Of a stretch of 64,000 bases of DNA, positions 26,071-40,674 are shown one piece after another. A model generated the notes under the pieces. The model saw only the letters and a list, made by a program, of their open reading frames with translations. It searched no databases and had not been told where the DNA came from. The stretch's first letter is position 1. Every line of letters starts with the position of its first letter. This DNA comes from Octopus sinensis (Eukaryota), in NCBI RefSeq assembly GCF_006345805.1, contig NC_042998.1:7936001-8000000 (forward strand), written 5' to 3'. The translations under genes were made by a program, and so were the position numbers.

Positions 26071-26737
26071 CTTGCCTTGTAACACTAATTTCTTATATTG
26101 ATACAAAGCTCCATGTTAAAGTGGGGTATGATGATTTTAACTCACTGGAATCACCAGTAAATTAGTGATAATAATTATATAGAGCTAGCGGAACCTTAAA
26201 CGCGTCGGAGAAAATGCTTTGCAATATTTCTTTCGATTCTTTACGTTCTAATTTCAAAACTTACGGAGGTCAACTTTGCCTTTCGTCTAATCACCTTCCC
26301 CTAAAAGTGCTATTCTTGTGCCAAAGTTTTAAACAATTTTATAAACTTCTTCCTCCCTTTCCCAGATCATCACCACAGTTGACAAAACCTAAATAAGCGT
26401 AAAGTGCTAAACATTTTCGTCGAGCTCACTTCTGTTTCCAGTACACCCCATCCCTAGTTGGAATGATAATGATATTATTTCTTATATAGAAGTAATACCA
26501 CGCATATTTGGGAAGAGGGTAATAGTAGAGGGTGAAACCGAAATATATTTTATCGACCCCGAAATGATGAGAGACCTGATGCTGGCGATATTTCAAGTTC
26601 CACACACTTTCATGTAACCACATTGCATATAAACCATATTCCCCTTGTATATACAGTTCTATAAATAACTGCTTGTAAATATTGCCATGTTACAGTCAAC
26701 ACAACACTTACAAGTGTGCAATATGGTTTCACATAGA

Positions 26738-27120
26738 AGGGCGGCGAGCTGGCAGAATCGTTAGCACGTTGAGCGAAATGCTTAGCGGGATTTCGTCTGC
26801 CGTTACGTTCTGAGTTCAAATTCCGCAGAGGTCGACTTTGCTTTTCATCCTTTCGGGGTCGATAAATTAAGTACAAGTTACGCACTGGGGTCGATGTAAT
26901 CGACTTAATCCGTTTGTCTGTCCTTGTTTGTCCTCTCTGTGTTTAGCTCCTTGTGGGTAGTAAAGAAATAGGTATTTCGTCTGCCGTTATGTTCTGAGTT
27001 CAAATGCCGTCAAGGTAGACTTTGTCTTTCATCCTTTCAGGGTCAATTAGATATGTACCAGTTACGCCCTGGGGTCGACTTATTCCATTTGTCTACCCCT
27101 GTCTGTCCCCTCTATGTTTC
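26738..27120 (+). mobile_element. SINE family A concatemer (head-body-tail-body)
   Basis: The tail gtaaagaaata is joined directly to ggtatttcgtctgccg of a second, more diverged body. Confidence 0.9.
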
Positions 27121-27556
27121 TGACACGGAATAACTGGAACAATGGATGGATCGCTCCTTTCTATTCGACCGCTTGATCTGGTCGATGTCGAGAAAACAAA
27201 GTACCTTCATCACCATCATCACCGTTATCATCATCATAGTCGTTTTCGTCGTCGTCATCGCCATCATCATCATCACCAACATAATCTGTTTCGTCGATAT
27301 TATCGTCGTCAACTTCATCATCAACATGGAGAATATATTTTTCCTTGTCTATTTATTCTCCTTTTATTTTTTTTAATTTCTTTTATATTTTTTCCGTATA
27401 TTCCTTGACAAGCACGATTTACCTTTAAATGGAAATAAATTTTTATCTTTTAGTTTTAAGCAAAGTAAAGAATTTTAATGAAATGGTAAATGAAGGCCAG
27501 CATTATTTTTACAACAAACTTAATTCCCCCCATCTCCTCTTCTCCCGCTCCCTACA

Positions 27557-27588
<32 letters not shown>

Positions 27589-27852
27589 TTTTGTAAGTTA
27601 TAGGTTAAACGCTAAATAAAGCAATCAGAACTATACTAACTTCGTTATTTGCTGTAAATTCCTATGTGTGTGTGCGTGTATATATATATATATAATGTAA
27701 TAAATAAAATATATGCATACATACAGACATATATGTACGTGCCTACATCTACATGTATATATACATGCATATATAAATATATATATACGTGAGTACAGGA
27801 CACCACAACTAGACGTAGAGCTCAACGAAAAACGAAAACGGACAAGCCATTG

Positions 27853-28120
27853 TGGGAGGCGCAATGGCCTAGTGGTTAGGGCAGGAGACTCGCGATTTCA
27901 ATTCCCAGACCGGGCGTTGTAAGTGTTTATTGAACGAAAACACCTAAAGCTCCACGAGGCTCCGGGTGGTAGAGATTCCTACTGTACTCTTTCGCCACAA
28001 CTTTCTCTCCCACTTTCTTCTGTTGGCCTACTCGCTTAGCCAGCGAGGTGGCGTCATTTGAAGGCTAAAACAATGACCAGCGATGTGTAGCAACATCTGA
28101 TAGCCTGGGTGGTCACGGAT
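27853..28120 (+). mobile_element. SINE family C head/body with tail type 3
   Basis: Family C head and aaaacacctaaagctccacgaggctccg body, followed by the ccagcgatgtgtagcaacatctgatagcc tail. Confidence 0.88.
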
Positions 28121-29312
28121 ATACATATACACACAAACAAACATATACATATATACATAAATATATACATGTTTGTATGGTATATATTTGTGTGTATACT
28201 TGTGTGTGATTATAAATTTATGTATATGTGTATGTGTGTGTGTGTGTATGTATGTATGTGTATGTATGTATGTATGTATGTATGTATGTATGTATGTATG
28301 TATGTATGTGTATGTATGCATGCATGCATGTGAAATCATGCTACTTGAAAAACAAACGAAATCAGCGTACAGAAATCTTTTTCTGGTAACATTTACATTT
28401 TCTTTTAAAATATTGTTTGTGTATAATACGTTGTAGTAAATTTTTATAACGTAAATATATTCAACGTTTTCAGTATCTGTGTATAGAAAAAAATGTACGT
28501 GTAAACACACAATTAATGCGTATTTGGCAATATTCTTGAATTTCATGGTAATTATTCGGTAGTGTAAAATTAATACTTTAAGCTTCTTGGTAATGAAAAG
28601 AAAACTCGCGTCGTTAGGAAGTTGATTGTGTTGTGGAGAAAATCATCGTCTAGAAATGAAAAAACCTGGTTGTCAACGATACAACACACACACACGTGCG
28701 TACGTGTCTGTGTGTGTATATGTGTGTGTGTGTATATATGTGTGTGTTTGTGTGTGAGACCAAACAGTCTCCATGTGTATGGTGTATATATGTGGGCGAA
28801 AGTTATCTTTGTTTATGTATGTTGCATATGTTAATGCGTGTTACATTTGCATGTAAATATAGCCTGTGTTCAGGTATTATGTGGTTCTGTTGGTGTGGGA
28901 GTGTGGATGTTGGTATGTAGTGTGTGTACTGAATTAAACAGTGTTTGTGGTTGCTCATATATTAGTATGCGTGGCGACGCTATTGAAGATTGTATGTGGG
29001 GGTGTGTGGATGATGGTGTGGGTGCTGGGAAGTGATCAGTGCGTGTGGAGTGGTAAGGGGTTGGTATCAAGTGAAGAGAGAGGGTGGGGTTGGTGTCAGA
29101 TGAAGAGAGGAGGTGCGTTGAGCCCATATGCCGAGAGGAACGAAGAGAGAAGTTTAAATCTTGTTCACGGCGAAAGCGAGAGTCCGAATGGCCCATGTGC
29201 AAAGACAGTCCGAACACAGATATATAGTTCAAATTTATAGAAAAAGAAAAGACAAAGACAGGTGTAGGAACAAGCAAGTGTATTAGTTTGACGCTCAGGA
29301 AAAATGGGAAAG

Positions 29313-29350
29313 TATTTTACGTTTCGAGCCTACGCTCTTCGACAGAAAGG
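29313..29350 (-). ncRNA. Minimal hammerhead-like motif (A6U) in PLE-derived repeat P1
   Basis: cctttCTGTCGA-a-gagc(gtag)gctc-GAAA-CGT-A-aaata. Confidence 0.45.
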
Positions 29351-29826
29351 AATAAAAGGAAATAAATAGCGAGAGAATGAAAAAAAAGCCTGTTGAGCTC
29401 AGTGTTCTAACATGGCGAATGATTGAGAAAAAAGAGGTTGAGTGAAAGAGAGATAATAATAAAGAGAGGTTGGATGAAGGGGGAGAAAATCCATGGTGAT
29501 CCTAACAAGAGAAGGTGCGCAAGTGTGTGTCCATGTGAGAATGGTGTGTGTGAGTGTTTAAGTGTGTATGTGTGAATGGGAGCGAGAGGATTTGAATGCG
29601 CGTGTGTATGTGCGTGTGTAACGTGTGTTTGTGAATGTGTGTGTGTGTGTGTGCTGTGTGTAGCAGTTGATATGTGCTTTTTCATTTGGTGTGTGTACAT
29701 CGAAGGGCCGAGAGTTCGGCCGCAGAGATGTTGAAATGTCAGGGACACGTTGGTAGATACTTGCAAAATGATCAACTGCTTGGAACTGACCATGAGCTGG
29801 CGTCCATGTGTGTGTGTATATATACA

Positions 29827-29862
<36 letters not shown>

Positions 29863-30779
29863 CACACGTGCGCATTCATACACACGCACACATGTATATA
29901 CACACTCATACACACACATATGTATTTACGTACTTATTTGCAATTTATTTGTTTGAAATTACTTTGGCTCTTCTGTGAAAAGCTGGAATTACATAAGATA
30001 CAAGATAAGATATAACAGTCATGAGATTCTGATTATATCACGCTTCCTTAACGAGATCTAATAAGAGTGAAACGATAACGTTTCAAGACGAAAACCCACA
30101 CAAAGCTGTGTATGAATCGTTCCTTAGTGCATGTAGAATATTTCAGTGAGTGCCGCTTATTTTTCACGAAAGATAACAATAATTCATGTGGACTTCGATT
30201 TGAAACCAATTCCAGAATAGATACAGACGTGTTTCTTCTTTGTAATTTATACCTTCAGTTTTCTTAAATACATCGACTGCTATTATCAGGCTGGACACTA
30301 TTATCGGAAGATCGGTCAAGTTCATGCTCTCTACTATCAAATAAGAATTAATGATGTTTTCATTCAGCAAATATGTTGTCGTGGCCAAGTCGTTAACGGC
30401 TAAAATCTCATCGAAAAACTGCGATATTACTTATTTACTCTGTAACCTCTTGATACATTATCCCGTATATTTTCGTTCAGAGATGTCTAGTAAATATATA
30501 TTTGAACGAAAATATACGTTCACTGTACTCTGAGGTATCTGTCACTTATTTCTAACCCGAAATACTTCGTTCATGGTGTTATTACAGTTTTCTATTATTA
30601 ACCTTCAGTAATTATCATTTCCATCAGTAATTTCATAATAAATCATAACTGATCCCTACCTCTCTCTCCCCCTCGTTCTCTCTTTCTCATACACACACAT
30701 CCGCACACATACACACACGCAAAGCAAGAAAAAATCGACTGTACTCACTCCTAGAGAGGAATGGGCTCTGCCACATTAA

Positions 30780-31456
30780 AAATGCTCAAGATATGTTATA
30801 TAATAAGGCGATGCATCAGCGATCCTATTATGATTCAGTGTGAGATAGAATGTGACAAGGCTGATTCTTTGAAATAACAGTTACGGATCTTTTCGGTTTG
30901 AACGGCAGTTTTTTCTAGCGGTGTCATGAAATTGTCACCCATAATTATGACACTAGAATCGATCTATTGCATTTCAATATCTTTTAGGGTTAGGGTTAGG
31001 GTTAGGGTTAGGGTTAGGGGTGGGGGAAGGGTATCTTTTTTCGTCACAAATGTAAATAAACCCAATCTGTTTCTTAAACGAGGGACATATTCATACGGCA
31101 CAGAATGCTTTTTAACTCAATAGACGTCACTGATTGGTTGAAATTGCAGAAATTGAAGAAAAAAACAACAAATACCTTACAAACTATAGAATTTTCTGAA
31201 TAAATCCAAGAGAAAAAGATGTTTTATAAACACATTCTACCAGTATACGAAGTTTAAAATGTTTTAGTTACCTAGAAATTATGTTGAAAACTGCCGTTGA
31301 AACCGAAAAGATCCTACTTATTTTTGCCAGCTGGGTGGACTGGAGCAGCGTAAAATAAATTGTCTTGCTCAAGGACTTAACGCATCGCCAGGAATTGAAC
31401 TCATGACCTTACGATTGTGAGCCGAATACCCGAACCATTAAGCCACGAGCGTTCAC
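30780..31456 (-). mobile_element. Family D SINE split by a MITE insertion
   Basis: The head at about 31456-31360 and the tgacaaggctg...gaaataacag segment at about 30850 flank the MITE. Confidence 0.75.
30885..31314. mobile_element. MITE with ~27-bp TIRs carrying (TTAGGG)6
   Basis: TIRs ggatcttttcggtttgaacggcagtttt and aaaactgccgttgaaaccgaaaagatcc; TTAGGG x6 at 30984-31019; no clean TSD. Confidence 0.9.
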
Positions 31457-31995
31457 TACGTGAGAATCCATCACCTTATAAACAGCTACGATTAAACGAG
31501 GGTGCATGTGAACCGTAGGTTTCCCTGCTAGAAATATAAGCCAAACCACCTACAGTTCATACCCTACCGTGTTAAATATGGTAGCCCTAATTCCTGTCAC
31601 TGCAACATCACCGTCTTTCATTCTCTTTACGACTTATCACTAACTTGTAACCTATCTCAAGCTCCCAGTTCGTTGTCAAACGTATGAAATTACACTCGTA
31701 CTAGTTTCTTACAAATATAATTATGTGTTCGTTAAAACAAATTTTTTCTCCAAACTATTCTTCCTCTCATTCTCTCTCTCTCTTTTCCCCCCTCTCTCTC
31801 TCTGTATCACTCTCCCCCCTCTCTCTCTTGCATAAATGCCTACCTAAAAGCAAACGAAAGAAAAATGTTTGCACTTGCTAATTTTCTTGCATTCCTTATC
31901 CTTGCTACTCTCTTATATTCGCTTGCTTTCTCTTACATTGCACTTTTGCGCCCTTTGCATAGATACAAATATGCTTTCTCTCTCTCTCTCTCTTG

Positions 31996-32059
<64 letters not shown>

Positions 32060-32066
32060 GTATATA

Positions 32067-32203
32067 CAGGAGGGTGCAAAAGTGGGTGTACAGTTACGAA
32101 AAGAAAACACGAACAATATTCATTTACGTATTGCAAGTAAAAATGAGTATTGTACGTGTTGCATTTTTCATAACTGTATACCTACTTTTGCATATCACCC
32201 TTG
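32067..32203. mobile_element. Tc1/mariner-type MITE
   Basis: TA-flanked imperfect TIRs caggagggtgcaaaagtgggtgtacagtt and aactgtatacctacttttgcatatcacccttg. Confidence 0.7.
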
Positions 32204-32296
32204 TATGTGTATATATATATATATATATGTGTGTGTGTATGTATATTTATATACATCATATATATATACGCATACATATATACATACACACACACT

Positions 32297-32347
<51 letters not shown>

Positions 32348-32566
32348 TATATATACGTATACATACATACATACAGATATAAGAAAGAGAGAGATGACAA
32401 AGGAATGAATGGTTTTCTTATTACCACGGTATACTCGGCTAATACTTCGTTCTGAAACGTACGTGTATTGAGTTCTACACCATGCTATTAATCTCGCAAT
32501 GCCTATGTGTGTGTGTGTGTGTGTGCATGTGTGTGTGTGTGCGCGTGTGTACATACATACAAGCAT

Positions 32567-32598
<32 letters not shown>

Positions 32599-33462
32599 GT
32601 GCATGTACGTATATACTATAACTACTAACAACACAAAACAGTGCCAGGTCAACAATCCAATTTGCTGTTCAGTATCTACAGCATTAAATGTCATTATTTC
32701 GTGAACGTAGCACCACAATGTTTCCTCCTTTCACCAACTTATTCTTGCCTGTACTTAGAAAAACCACCTAAAAACATACCACAAACATACATAGTCTTAT
32801 ACAAACATGATACCACATTCACATTATCTCAATGTTTTGCAATCACGGCCGCATAAATTCTCCAAGTCTATATCTATCACCAAGAAAACTTACTCCAGAA
32901 CATCACACTTAACGTAGCACCTACCAAATTCAGTTCCTTGCTTCTTACCTGACGCCCTCAAATACGATTAACTATCACACTCAGCAGCTTATAGCTACCA
33001 GACATGCCAAGGATATAAACACTTAATATTCACATTCCGCATAGACGACATAACGAAGAAAGCAAAATGCTTTCACAAACAATCCAAGCATTCATACGTA
33101 CCACATTTGTCCAACAGAACGAAACAGCTACAATGGTGTACACTAGATACAAATTGGATAACGCCAGCCGGATGCCAAGGTCTCAAATTATTTGAAAATG
33201 AACTGCAAAATATAAAAAAAGAAGAAAAACAGTTCACTAAGCATCAGCACACGTTATGCGCCCGCCACACTCGCAGATCAAATACTTATCGAAACAAAAT
33301 TACGAAAATATAAAGTCATTGTGACATGAGGGGGCACTGGTTACCACCATGGCAAACTCCAAACTACATTGTCTTCGTTACTATTTGAAAAATCACCTTT
33401 AAATATCCATAGATTGCTACAACAGCCACCAGCAGTACTACATTAGCATTCTGCATGGTGTA

Positions 33463-33621
33463 CGGGTGGCTGTGTGGTAAGTAGCTTGCTTACTAACCAC
33501 ATGGTTCCGGGTTCAGTCCCACTGCGTGGCACCTTGGGCAAGTGTCTTCTACTATGACCTCGGGCCGACCAAAGCCTTGTGAGGAGCGGATTTGATAAAC
33601 GGAAACTGAAAGAATCCCCTC

Positions 33622-33671
<50 letters not shown>

Positions 33672-33915
33672 GTATGTATATGTGTATGTGTGTGTATTTG
33701 TGTGTCTATGTTTATCCCCACAACATCGCTTGACAACCGATGCTGATGTGTTTACGTCCCCGTAACTTAGCGGTTCGGCAAAAGAGATCGATAGAATAAG
33801 TGCTAGGCTTACAATGAATAAATCCTGGGGTCGATTTGCTCGACTAAAGGCGGTGCTCCAGCATGGCCGCAGTCAAATGACTGAAACAAGTAAAGAGAGT
33901 AAAAAGACTAAAAGA
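33463..33915 (+). mobile_element. SINE family B
   Basis: Family B consensus with an internal (TA)n(TATG)n tract of about 75 bp. Confidence 0.95.
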
Positions 33916-34175
33916 GTACATGCATTTCTTGTTCAGTTTTAAATGAAACGCATATACAAAACACAGCCGCAACATCAGTGATTTTATTGTGTTGGAATGT
34001 ACACAGTAAGTGGGAAGGACAAGCAACAGTTGCGCACTGACCGACCGACGGACCTCTTCTGGTTTCACAATGACAGCTACCAGAATCTATCGGCGATCAA
34101 AAATAGATTGAACATTAGAGAGAATGAGACGTTTCCAGTCTGTCACTACTCACACAGTTAATATTACTCTACAGT

Positions 34176-34412
34176 AAGGCGGCGAGCTGGCAGAGACGTT
34201 AGCACGCCGGAGCGAAATGCGTAGCCGTATTTCGTCTGCCGCTACGTTCTGAGTTCAAATTCCGCCGAGGTCGACTTTGTTGCCTTTCATCCTTTCGGGG
34301 TCGATTAAATAAGTACCAGTTACGCACTGGGGTCGATATAATCGACTTAATCCGTTTGTCTGTCCTTGTTTGTCCTCTCTATGTTTAGCCCCTTGTGAGT
34401 AGTAAAGAAATA
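34176..34412 (+). mobile_element. Young SINE family A with a perfect 16-bp TSD
   Basis: aatattactctacagt at 34160-34175 and 34413-34428. Confidence 0.97.
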
Positions 34413-34784
34413 AATATTACTCTACAGTTTGGTCTTCACTTAAGTGATAGTATGGCCTAGCTCGTAAAAGTTAACATGCTGGTCCCGTTTAGTTGTATTA
34501 TTGACAACCAGCATAAATAATTTCATTATTTTATTGTCGTTTCATCAAGGATGAGAGATTCGTTGGCCGATATACAAGCAGAAACACGGCTAAATTGGGC
34601 TGAGTTCGTATAACTTTGATACAAATATTCGACGCGTTTTATTAATTGACAGAAGCATTTACACGACGCTGGGATACATGGAGAGCTAAGATGAATTTAA
34701 GAGTCTGAGGCTTTAGAAGTACAAATTCTTTTAGCCTAACGATGGATAATATTAATATGGTTTTTCTCAGAGTGGACAGAAATT

Positions 34785-35100
34785 GGTGGAGGCGCAAATG
34801 GCCCAGTAGTTAGGGCAGCGGACTCGCTGTCGGATGATCGCAGTTTCGATTCCCAGACTGGGTGTTGTGTATGTTTATTGAGCGAAAACACCTAAAAGCT
34901 CCACGAGTTTCCGACAGGGGATGGTTGCGAGCCCTGTTGTACTCTTTCGTCACAACCTTCTCTCACTCTCTCTTCCTGTTTCTTGAGTAGCGCTGCGATG
35001 GACTGGCGTCCTGTCCAGCTGGGGGGAACACATACGCCACAGAAACCGGGAAACCGGGCCCATGGGCCTGGCTAGGCTTGAAAAGGGCGAAAAGGAAAAG
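34785..35100 (+). mobile_element. SINE family C with tail type 2
   Basis: Family C head; tgcgatggactggcgtcctgtccag module. Confidence 0.9.
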
Positions 35101-35134
35101 AACAGAAATTGAGGTGTGACCCGACTGTTTAATG

Positions 35135-35335
35135 CAGTGGTTTTCAACCAGGGTTCCGCCAGTACAGTCCAGGGGTTCCGCAAGGAGTTGCAAAAATGCT
35201 AAAATCGACAGTAATGTTTAAGTCTCCTGTGCAGATATGTGTGCATAGGACAATTAAATTATTGCACAGGGGTTCCTCGAGCCAGTGAAATGTTTTCTTG
35301 GGGTTCCGCTCCAGTAAAAAGTTTGAAAAGCACTG
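35135..35335. mobile_element. hAT-type MITE
   Basis: TIRs cagtggttttcaacc and gtttgaaaagcactg; perfect 8-bp TSD gtttaatg (35127-35134 and 35336-35343). Confidence 0.92.
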
Positions 35336-35514
35336 GTTTAATGTATTTCTATTAATTAAGAGTTGCCAACACCCTCATTAGTGTTATATAAATTAGTGAG
35401 AACTGATATCGTTCTAGCCGAGTTTCGGAATACTTTAAATAGCTATAAGCTACTCTCCTCTCAGCAGTCGGTAAATGAGTGACACTCTACACGCATAGAA
35501 TGTACATATATATT

Positions 35515-35845
<331 letters not shown>

Positions 35846-35867
35846 ATACATATGTGTATATGTGTGT

Positions 35868-35909
<42 letters not shown>

Positions 35910-36201
35910 CACAGAGAGAGAGAGAGCAGATGGCTTAGTGGTTAAGACGTTGCACCCACGATCTAGCGACCGTGATTTCAATTCCTAGACCGGGTGGTGT
36001 GTTGTGCTCTTGAGTAAACCACTATGTCACGCTGCTCTGCGCTGGCTTCGAAACCTAGCGCGTCCTACCTGATCACTATAAACAAATCATTTGTGCAGGT
36101 CATTCGGTAAAAGCTGAACGCTCCTACGTCGTCTTCGACGGGTGTGTCCATCATATGTGTACGTGCGTGTGTGTGTGTGTGGTATGTGTGCGTGCGTGCG
36201 C

Positions 36202-36232
<31 letters not shown>

Positions 36233-36496
36233 TCCGAAATGTACAGTATTATATATCCATCAAGGCTGATCTTACGAGTCGGTTTCGCGCAAGTAATACA
36301 ATGGAGTGTTAGTAACACGCACACACACACGCACACACACACACACATTCAAATATATGCGCATATATACATACACACACACACATACGTACATACACCC
36401 ACATACGTGTGGTATATCCGTGTTTTGTGGCCAATATATGTCCTAGCCAGACAAAGATACATTTTTTTTACAAAATACCTACGCACCCGTCCACCC

Positions 36497-36539
<43 letters not shown>

Positions 36540-37007
36540 TACGAACACTCACACACATACACACACGGGGTCGTATGTATTGCTTAAGTAAATAAATAAA
36601 TAATGGCAAAATAAAAAAGTTTTATAAACAATTCGTTACCATGGATACTGAAACTTACCCAAACAAACAGTCATGTTGATGTAAGTAATTCCATTGATAA
36701 TCTGGACCAAGTAATTTTACAAACACGCATGTGTGTGCGTGGTTGCGTGCCCGCGTGTGTATGCGTTTGTACGCCGTATGTGTGTACGTACATGTGTACG
36801 TGTGCGGGCGTAAATCTAAATTTCTCTATCTCTGTTTCTCTGCAGATATGTCTCCCTCTCCCTCTGCCTTCTGCGCATGTGTCTACGTAACCGTGTATGT
36901 ATGTATGCATGTATGTATGTGTTTGTGTGTGTGTCTCTGCGTTTCTGTTTTTCTCTATATATATATTAGCCTCTCCCCACCTTTCTCTCTTTCTCTCTCT
37001 CTATTTC

Positions 37008-37052
<45 letters not shown>

Positions 37053-37264
37053 ATGTACGGATATAATCACGGCGTAATCACGAAGCACATACGAAAGTAT
37101 TAACTTTATAAGAATTGTACACAGCATCATACATACACACAGATATACACCCGGATATACGCAATTTTGAAATGACACCCTGAGAAGTGTGAAGTGTGTG
37201 TGTGTAAGCGTGTTTGCGAGGCTCTCTCTCACTCGCTCTTTCTCTTCCTTCCCCCTCTCTCTCT

Positions 37265-37314
<50 letters not shown>

Positions 37315-37317
<3 letters not shown>

Positions 37318-37662
37318 CTTGTTTCAGTCATTTGAGTGTGGCCATGCTGGAGCACCACCTTTTAGTCGAATAAATCGACCCCAGGACTTATTCTTTGTAA
37401 GCCTAGTACTTATTCTGTCGGTCTCTTTTGCCGAACCGCTTAGTTACGGGGGCGTAAACAAACCAGCATCGGTTGTCAAATGATGTTGGGGGGACACACA
37501 GAGACACACAAACATATATATATATAAGACGGGCTTCTTCCAGTTTCCGTCGGCCCAAGGCTAAAGTAGAAAACACTTACGCAAGGTGCCACGCAGTGGG
37601 ACTGAACCCGTAACCATGTGGTTGGTAAGCAAGCGGCTTACCATACAGCCACTCCTACGCCT
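37315..37662 (-). mobile_element. SINE family B with an internal deletion
   Basis: Family B consensus on the minus strand. Confidence 0.92.
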
Positions 37663-38219
37663 ATATGTGTATACATATATATGCGTCTATAAGTGTGTGA
37701 TATACATAGATGTATGTATAGATAGGTGTACGTAATACATACGTATCCATATACATAATCACATGCACTCACGTATGCGCACATATATTCAAATGCACAC
37801 ATTTTCTTAGCTCACGAATCTCAATCATATGATACACTTACAAGTGTCGAACTTATAAACATGTGTATAACTTATTTGGCTGAAAACCATTGAAAGAATG
37901 CATCGGCAGATGTTTTTGAAATATCGCCGAAGACCGGAAGATTTTTTAAGAGAATGGTTTAAAGAGAGGGCGACCATCACGCTCTAAGCCATGAATGCCA
38001 GGAAACAGATTCTTGTTGAGGGTGAGGAAACATTCACAACCTCTGACTCTGGCAACTGTTTAAAAGATTTGTAACCCTCCTTGAAGAGTTCTCTCTGTGT
38101 TCATATATTCCAATATATAAAGATGCTTATCTGCCTGTGTACCATCTACTCTGCCAGTCTATCTAACTATTTTAGCCACCTTACTATCTATAAATTTGTT
38201 TGTTGGTGTGTATATGCCT

Positions 38220-38321
<102 letters not shown>

Positions 38322-38593
38322 GCTATTCGAGTACTATTTTTTCCGCCTTGTTTTGTATTTATGGGATTGCTTCTCTATCGCATGTCTCCGGGTTTAGTCC
38401 CACTGAATAGCGCATTGGGCAAGAATCTTCTACTATAGCCTCGGGCCTTATGACTGGATTTGGTAGACGGAAACTAAAAATAAACCCGTCGTACACACAC
38501 ACATACTCACACGCACGCAAACACACACACATATTAATAATAATATTTTATAAGCTTAAAGCTTATTAGCGATCACCGTGCATTGCCAAAGGT

Positions 38594-38726
38594 AAACTAG
38601 AAAAGCACTCGGAGAGCACAGACCTCCGCCAAGCAGCTCATTTCCACCCATAAATACGCATGCTGAAAATCGCCCAATTTCTTAAACCAACGCGGGCAAA
38701 GACATAACCTCCTTGGCGGGGGTAAA
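38594..38726 (-). mobile_element. Helentron/HINE-like non-autonomous element
   Basis: Subterminal inverted repeats cctccgccaag and cttggcggggg, a terminal hairpin gtgctctccgagtgc, and a CTAG-TT end. A fragment of the same repeat lies at about 39650. Confidence 0.55.
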
Positions 38727-39179
38727 AAGAAATAACACAATCATATGATTTTGAAAAAAAACCCCTTTAAAACAGGAATCATCTGAAGCAGTGATAATAC
38801 ATCAATGACAACAGCCATACTTATCTCGACCATCGTCATCATCAACACTGTCTCTGCTTTCACCACAATCACCGTCAAAACTACGGTCACCACAATCAGT
38901 TTCTTTACAAAGTTGAAAATCCATTATCCGATACTCATGGGACCGAGATTGTTGCAGATTTTTGATACTTCTAAATTGCATCTACAAAACGGAACAGTTT
39001 GAGGATAGAAACCAAGTCTAAACACAATACCTTACAGACATACTCTGAGTGTAGTTCTATATAAATCTTTAAGAATTTTTTTTATACTTAAGACCATCAG
39101 AAATGTTAAGATATCAGCCTCTACCCACGTTGTCATGCTTTGATTAAAAGGTTACAGAATAGATTAGATTACTTAGATA

Positions 39180-39640
39180 AGTTTCGGCCGAAGTTGACTC
39201 AGTCCATGTCTAATTTAATAGCACCATTGGAAGAGATAAACAGTCAGCTCTGGGGAACCGTAGCCCATTCAAGCGGAGGTTTTTTGTTTTCAGAGACATA
39301 TCTGGATGTGGGTGGTTTATCTGGTATTTGTTGGGGGTAATCATCTAGGGACTGTGTGAATACCGTGAAGTCACTTTCCTCCTTTATGTGTGTCTGGCAC
39401 CATGTTGAAGAGAGCAGGGCTAATTGAGGTGAAATAGTTCTGTCATAGTGTTGTGATACGACACAAACATTTCTGTAGAGATTGGATGGCACGTGGGGCA
39501 AGCCTCGGCCGAATTTCAAAGATGAGCAACGTTGATGGAATATTTTCCACATCATACAGATGATATAGAGGCCACAGCGTTGGTGGAGGGAGCAAAGCCT
39601 GAGCTTTTTGAGTCGATCCCAATAGTCAAGGCTTGACATA
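39180..39640 (-). mobile_element. CR1-type LINE 3' remnant
   Basis: SSLDYWDRLKKLRLCSLHQR...YIICMMWKI and QQIPDKP; parallels 3418-4075. Confidence 0.85.
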
Positions 39641-39898
39641 TTATCCTCCGCAGACCTCCGCCAAGTTACTCATTTTAAGATAGATACGCGAGTGAAATTA
39701 CTAATAGAGAAACAAAAATGAACTTTGGAAACAGCAACGCTACCATAGGTTACGTGGAAACAATGAACGTGTTTTCAAGGGAGATAATCAAAGAACGTAA
39801 CATTGTAATACTTCAAGTAAAGTAAATATAACAAATGAAAAATCCTTCAAGAATCCACAAAAATTCCATATGACCATAAAATGACCATAATATATATA

Positions 39899-39984
<86 letters not shown>

Positions 39985-39992
<8 letters not shown>

Positions 39993-40400
39993 GAAAAATA
40001 CAAACTGGGACAAGAACGTAAAACATTTAGAAGACGATGCAAAAACACGGACGGGACATTCGAAGCCTTCAATCTTCAGTCAAGAACCGGATCATCCTAG
40101 CAATTTCGGCTGATTAATCTTGAGATCGCTCCGATCCGGCCAGCCCCAAGGAAAAACTAAGCTACGAGCATTAGATTTCTTGAAAGAAGGATCGAATGTA
40201 TACGAAACAGGGACAGAAAAACGGACGATGCCACACGAATATAAAATACAAAAAACAATAATGGTAAAAACAGGACAAAAACAGCAGGTGTCTTACGACT
40301 AATAGACAGTACAACAAGTTTAGCTGGCGTATTTGGAAAAAATGCCTTTATCGGCAGACGAAGACAACGATGTTCTCACGGTAGTGGTCGGAGGCCAAAA
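39985..40400 (-). mobile_element. PLE-like short repeat, family P2; second copy at about 42285-42545
   Basis: The two copies share gccttcaatcttcagtca...atttcggctg...ggccagccccaaggaaaa. The minus strand carries a degenerate CTGAAGA...cttcGAA core. Confidence 0.55.
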
Positions 40401-40402
40401 GG

Positions 40403-40439
<37 letters not shown>

Positions 40440-40635
40440 GCCATTACATATTAACTCTTTATTAGAGCAACTTTGGCTCAGAGCTGTTTCCAATAGTCAT
40501 TATTAGTACGTTACTAATAGGTTTACTCAATTGGTCTATTGATCAGTTGGGGAAAATTGAATGACCTAAAATCAATTAATTTTTATCCCGTCAGATCCAC
40601 TTATAGAAAGAAAGAAAGAAAGGATAGATAGATTA

Positions 40636-40674
<39 letters not shown>

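Noticed and set aside
27142-27408. His/Arg-rich ORF
   Set aside because: Degenerate (CAT/CGT)n repeat with no splice or domain support.
30984-31019. (TTAGGG)6 as a chromosome end or fusion scar
   Set aside because: It lies inside a TIR element that has a second copy in the window.
32600-33330. C/A-skewed segment as a PLE RT remnant
   Set aside because: Only a weak YNG..Q-like trace; too degraded to call.
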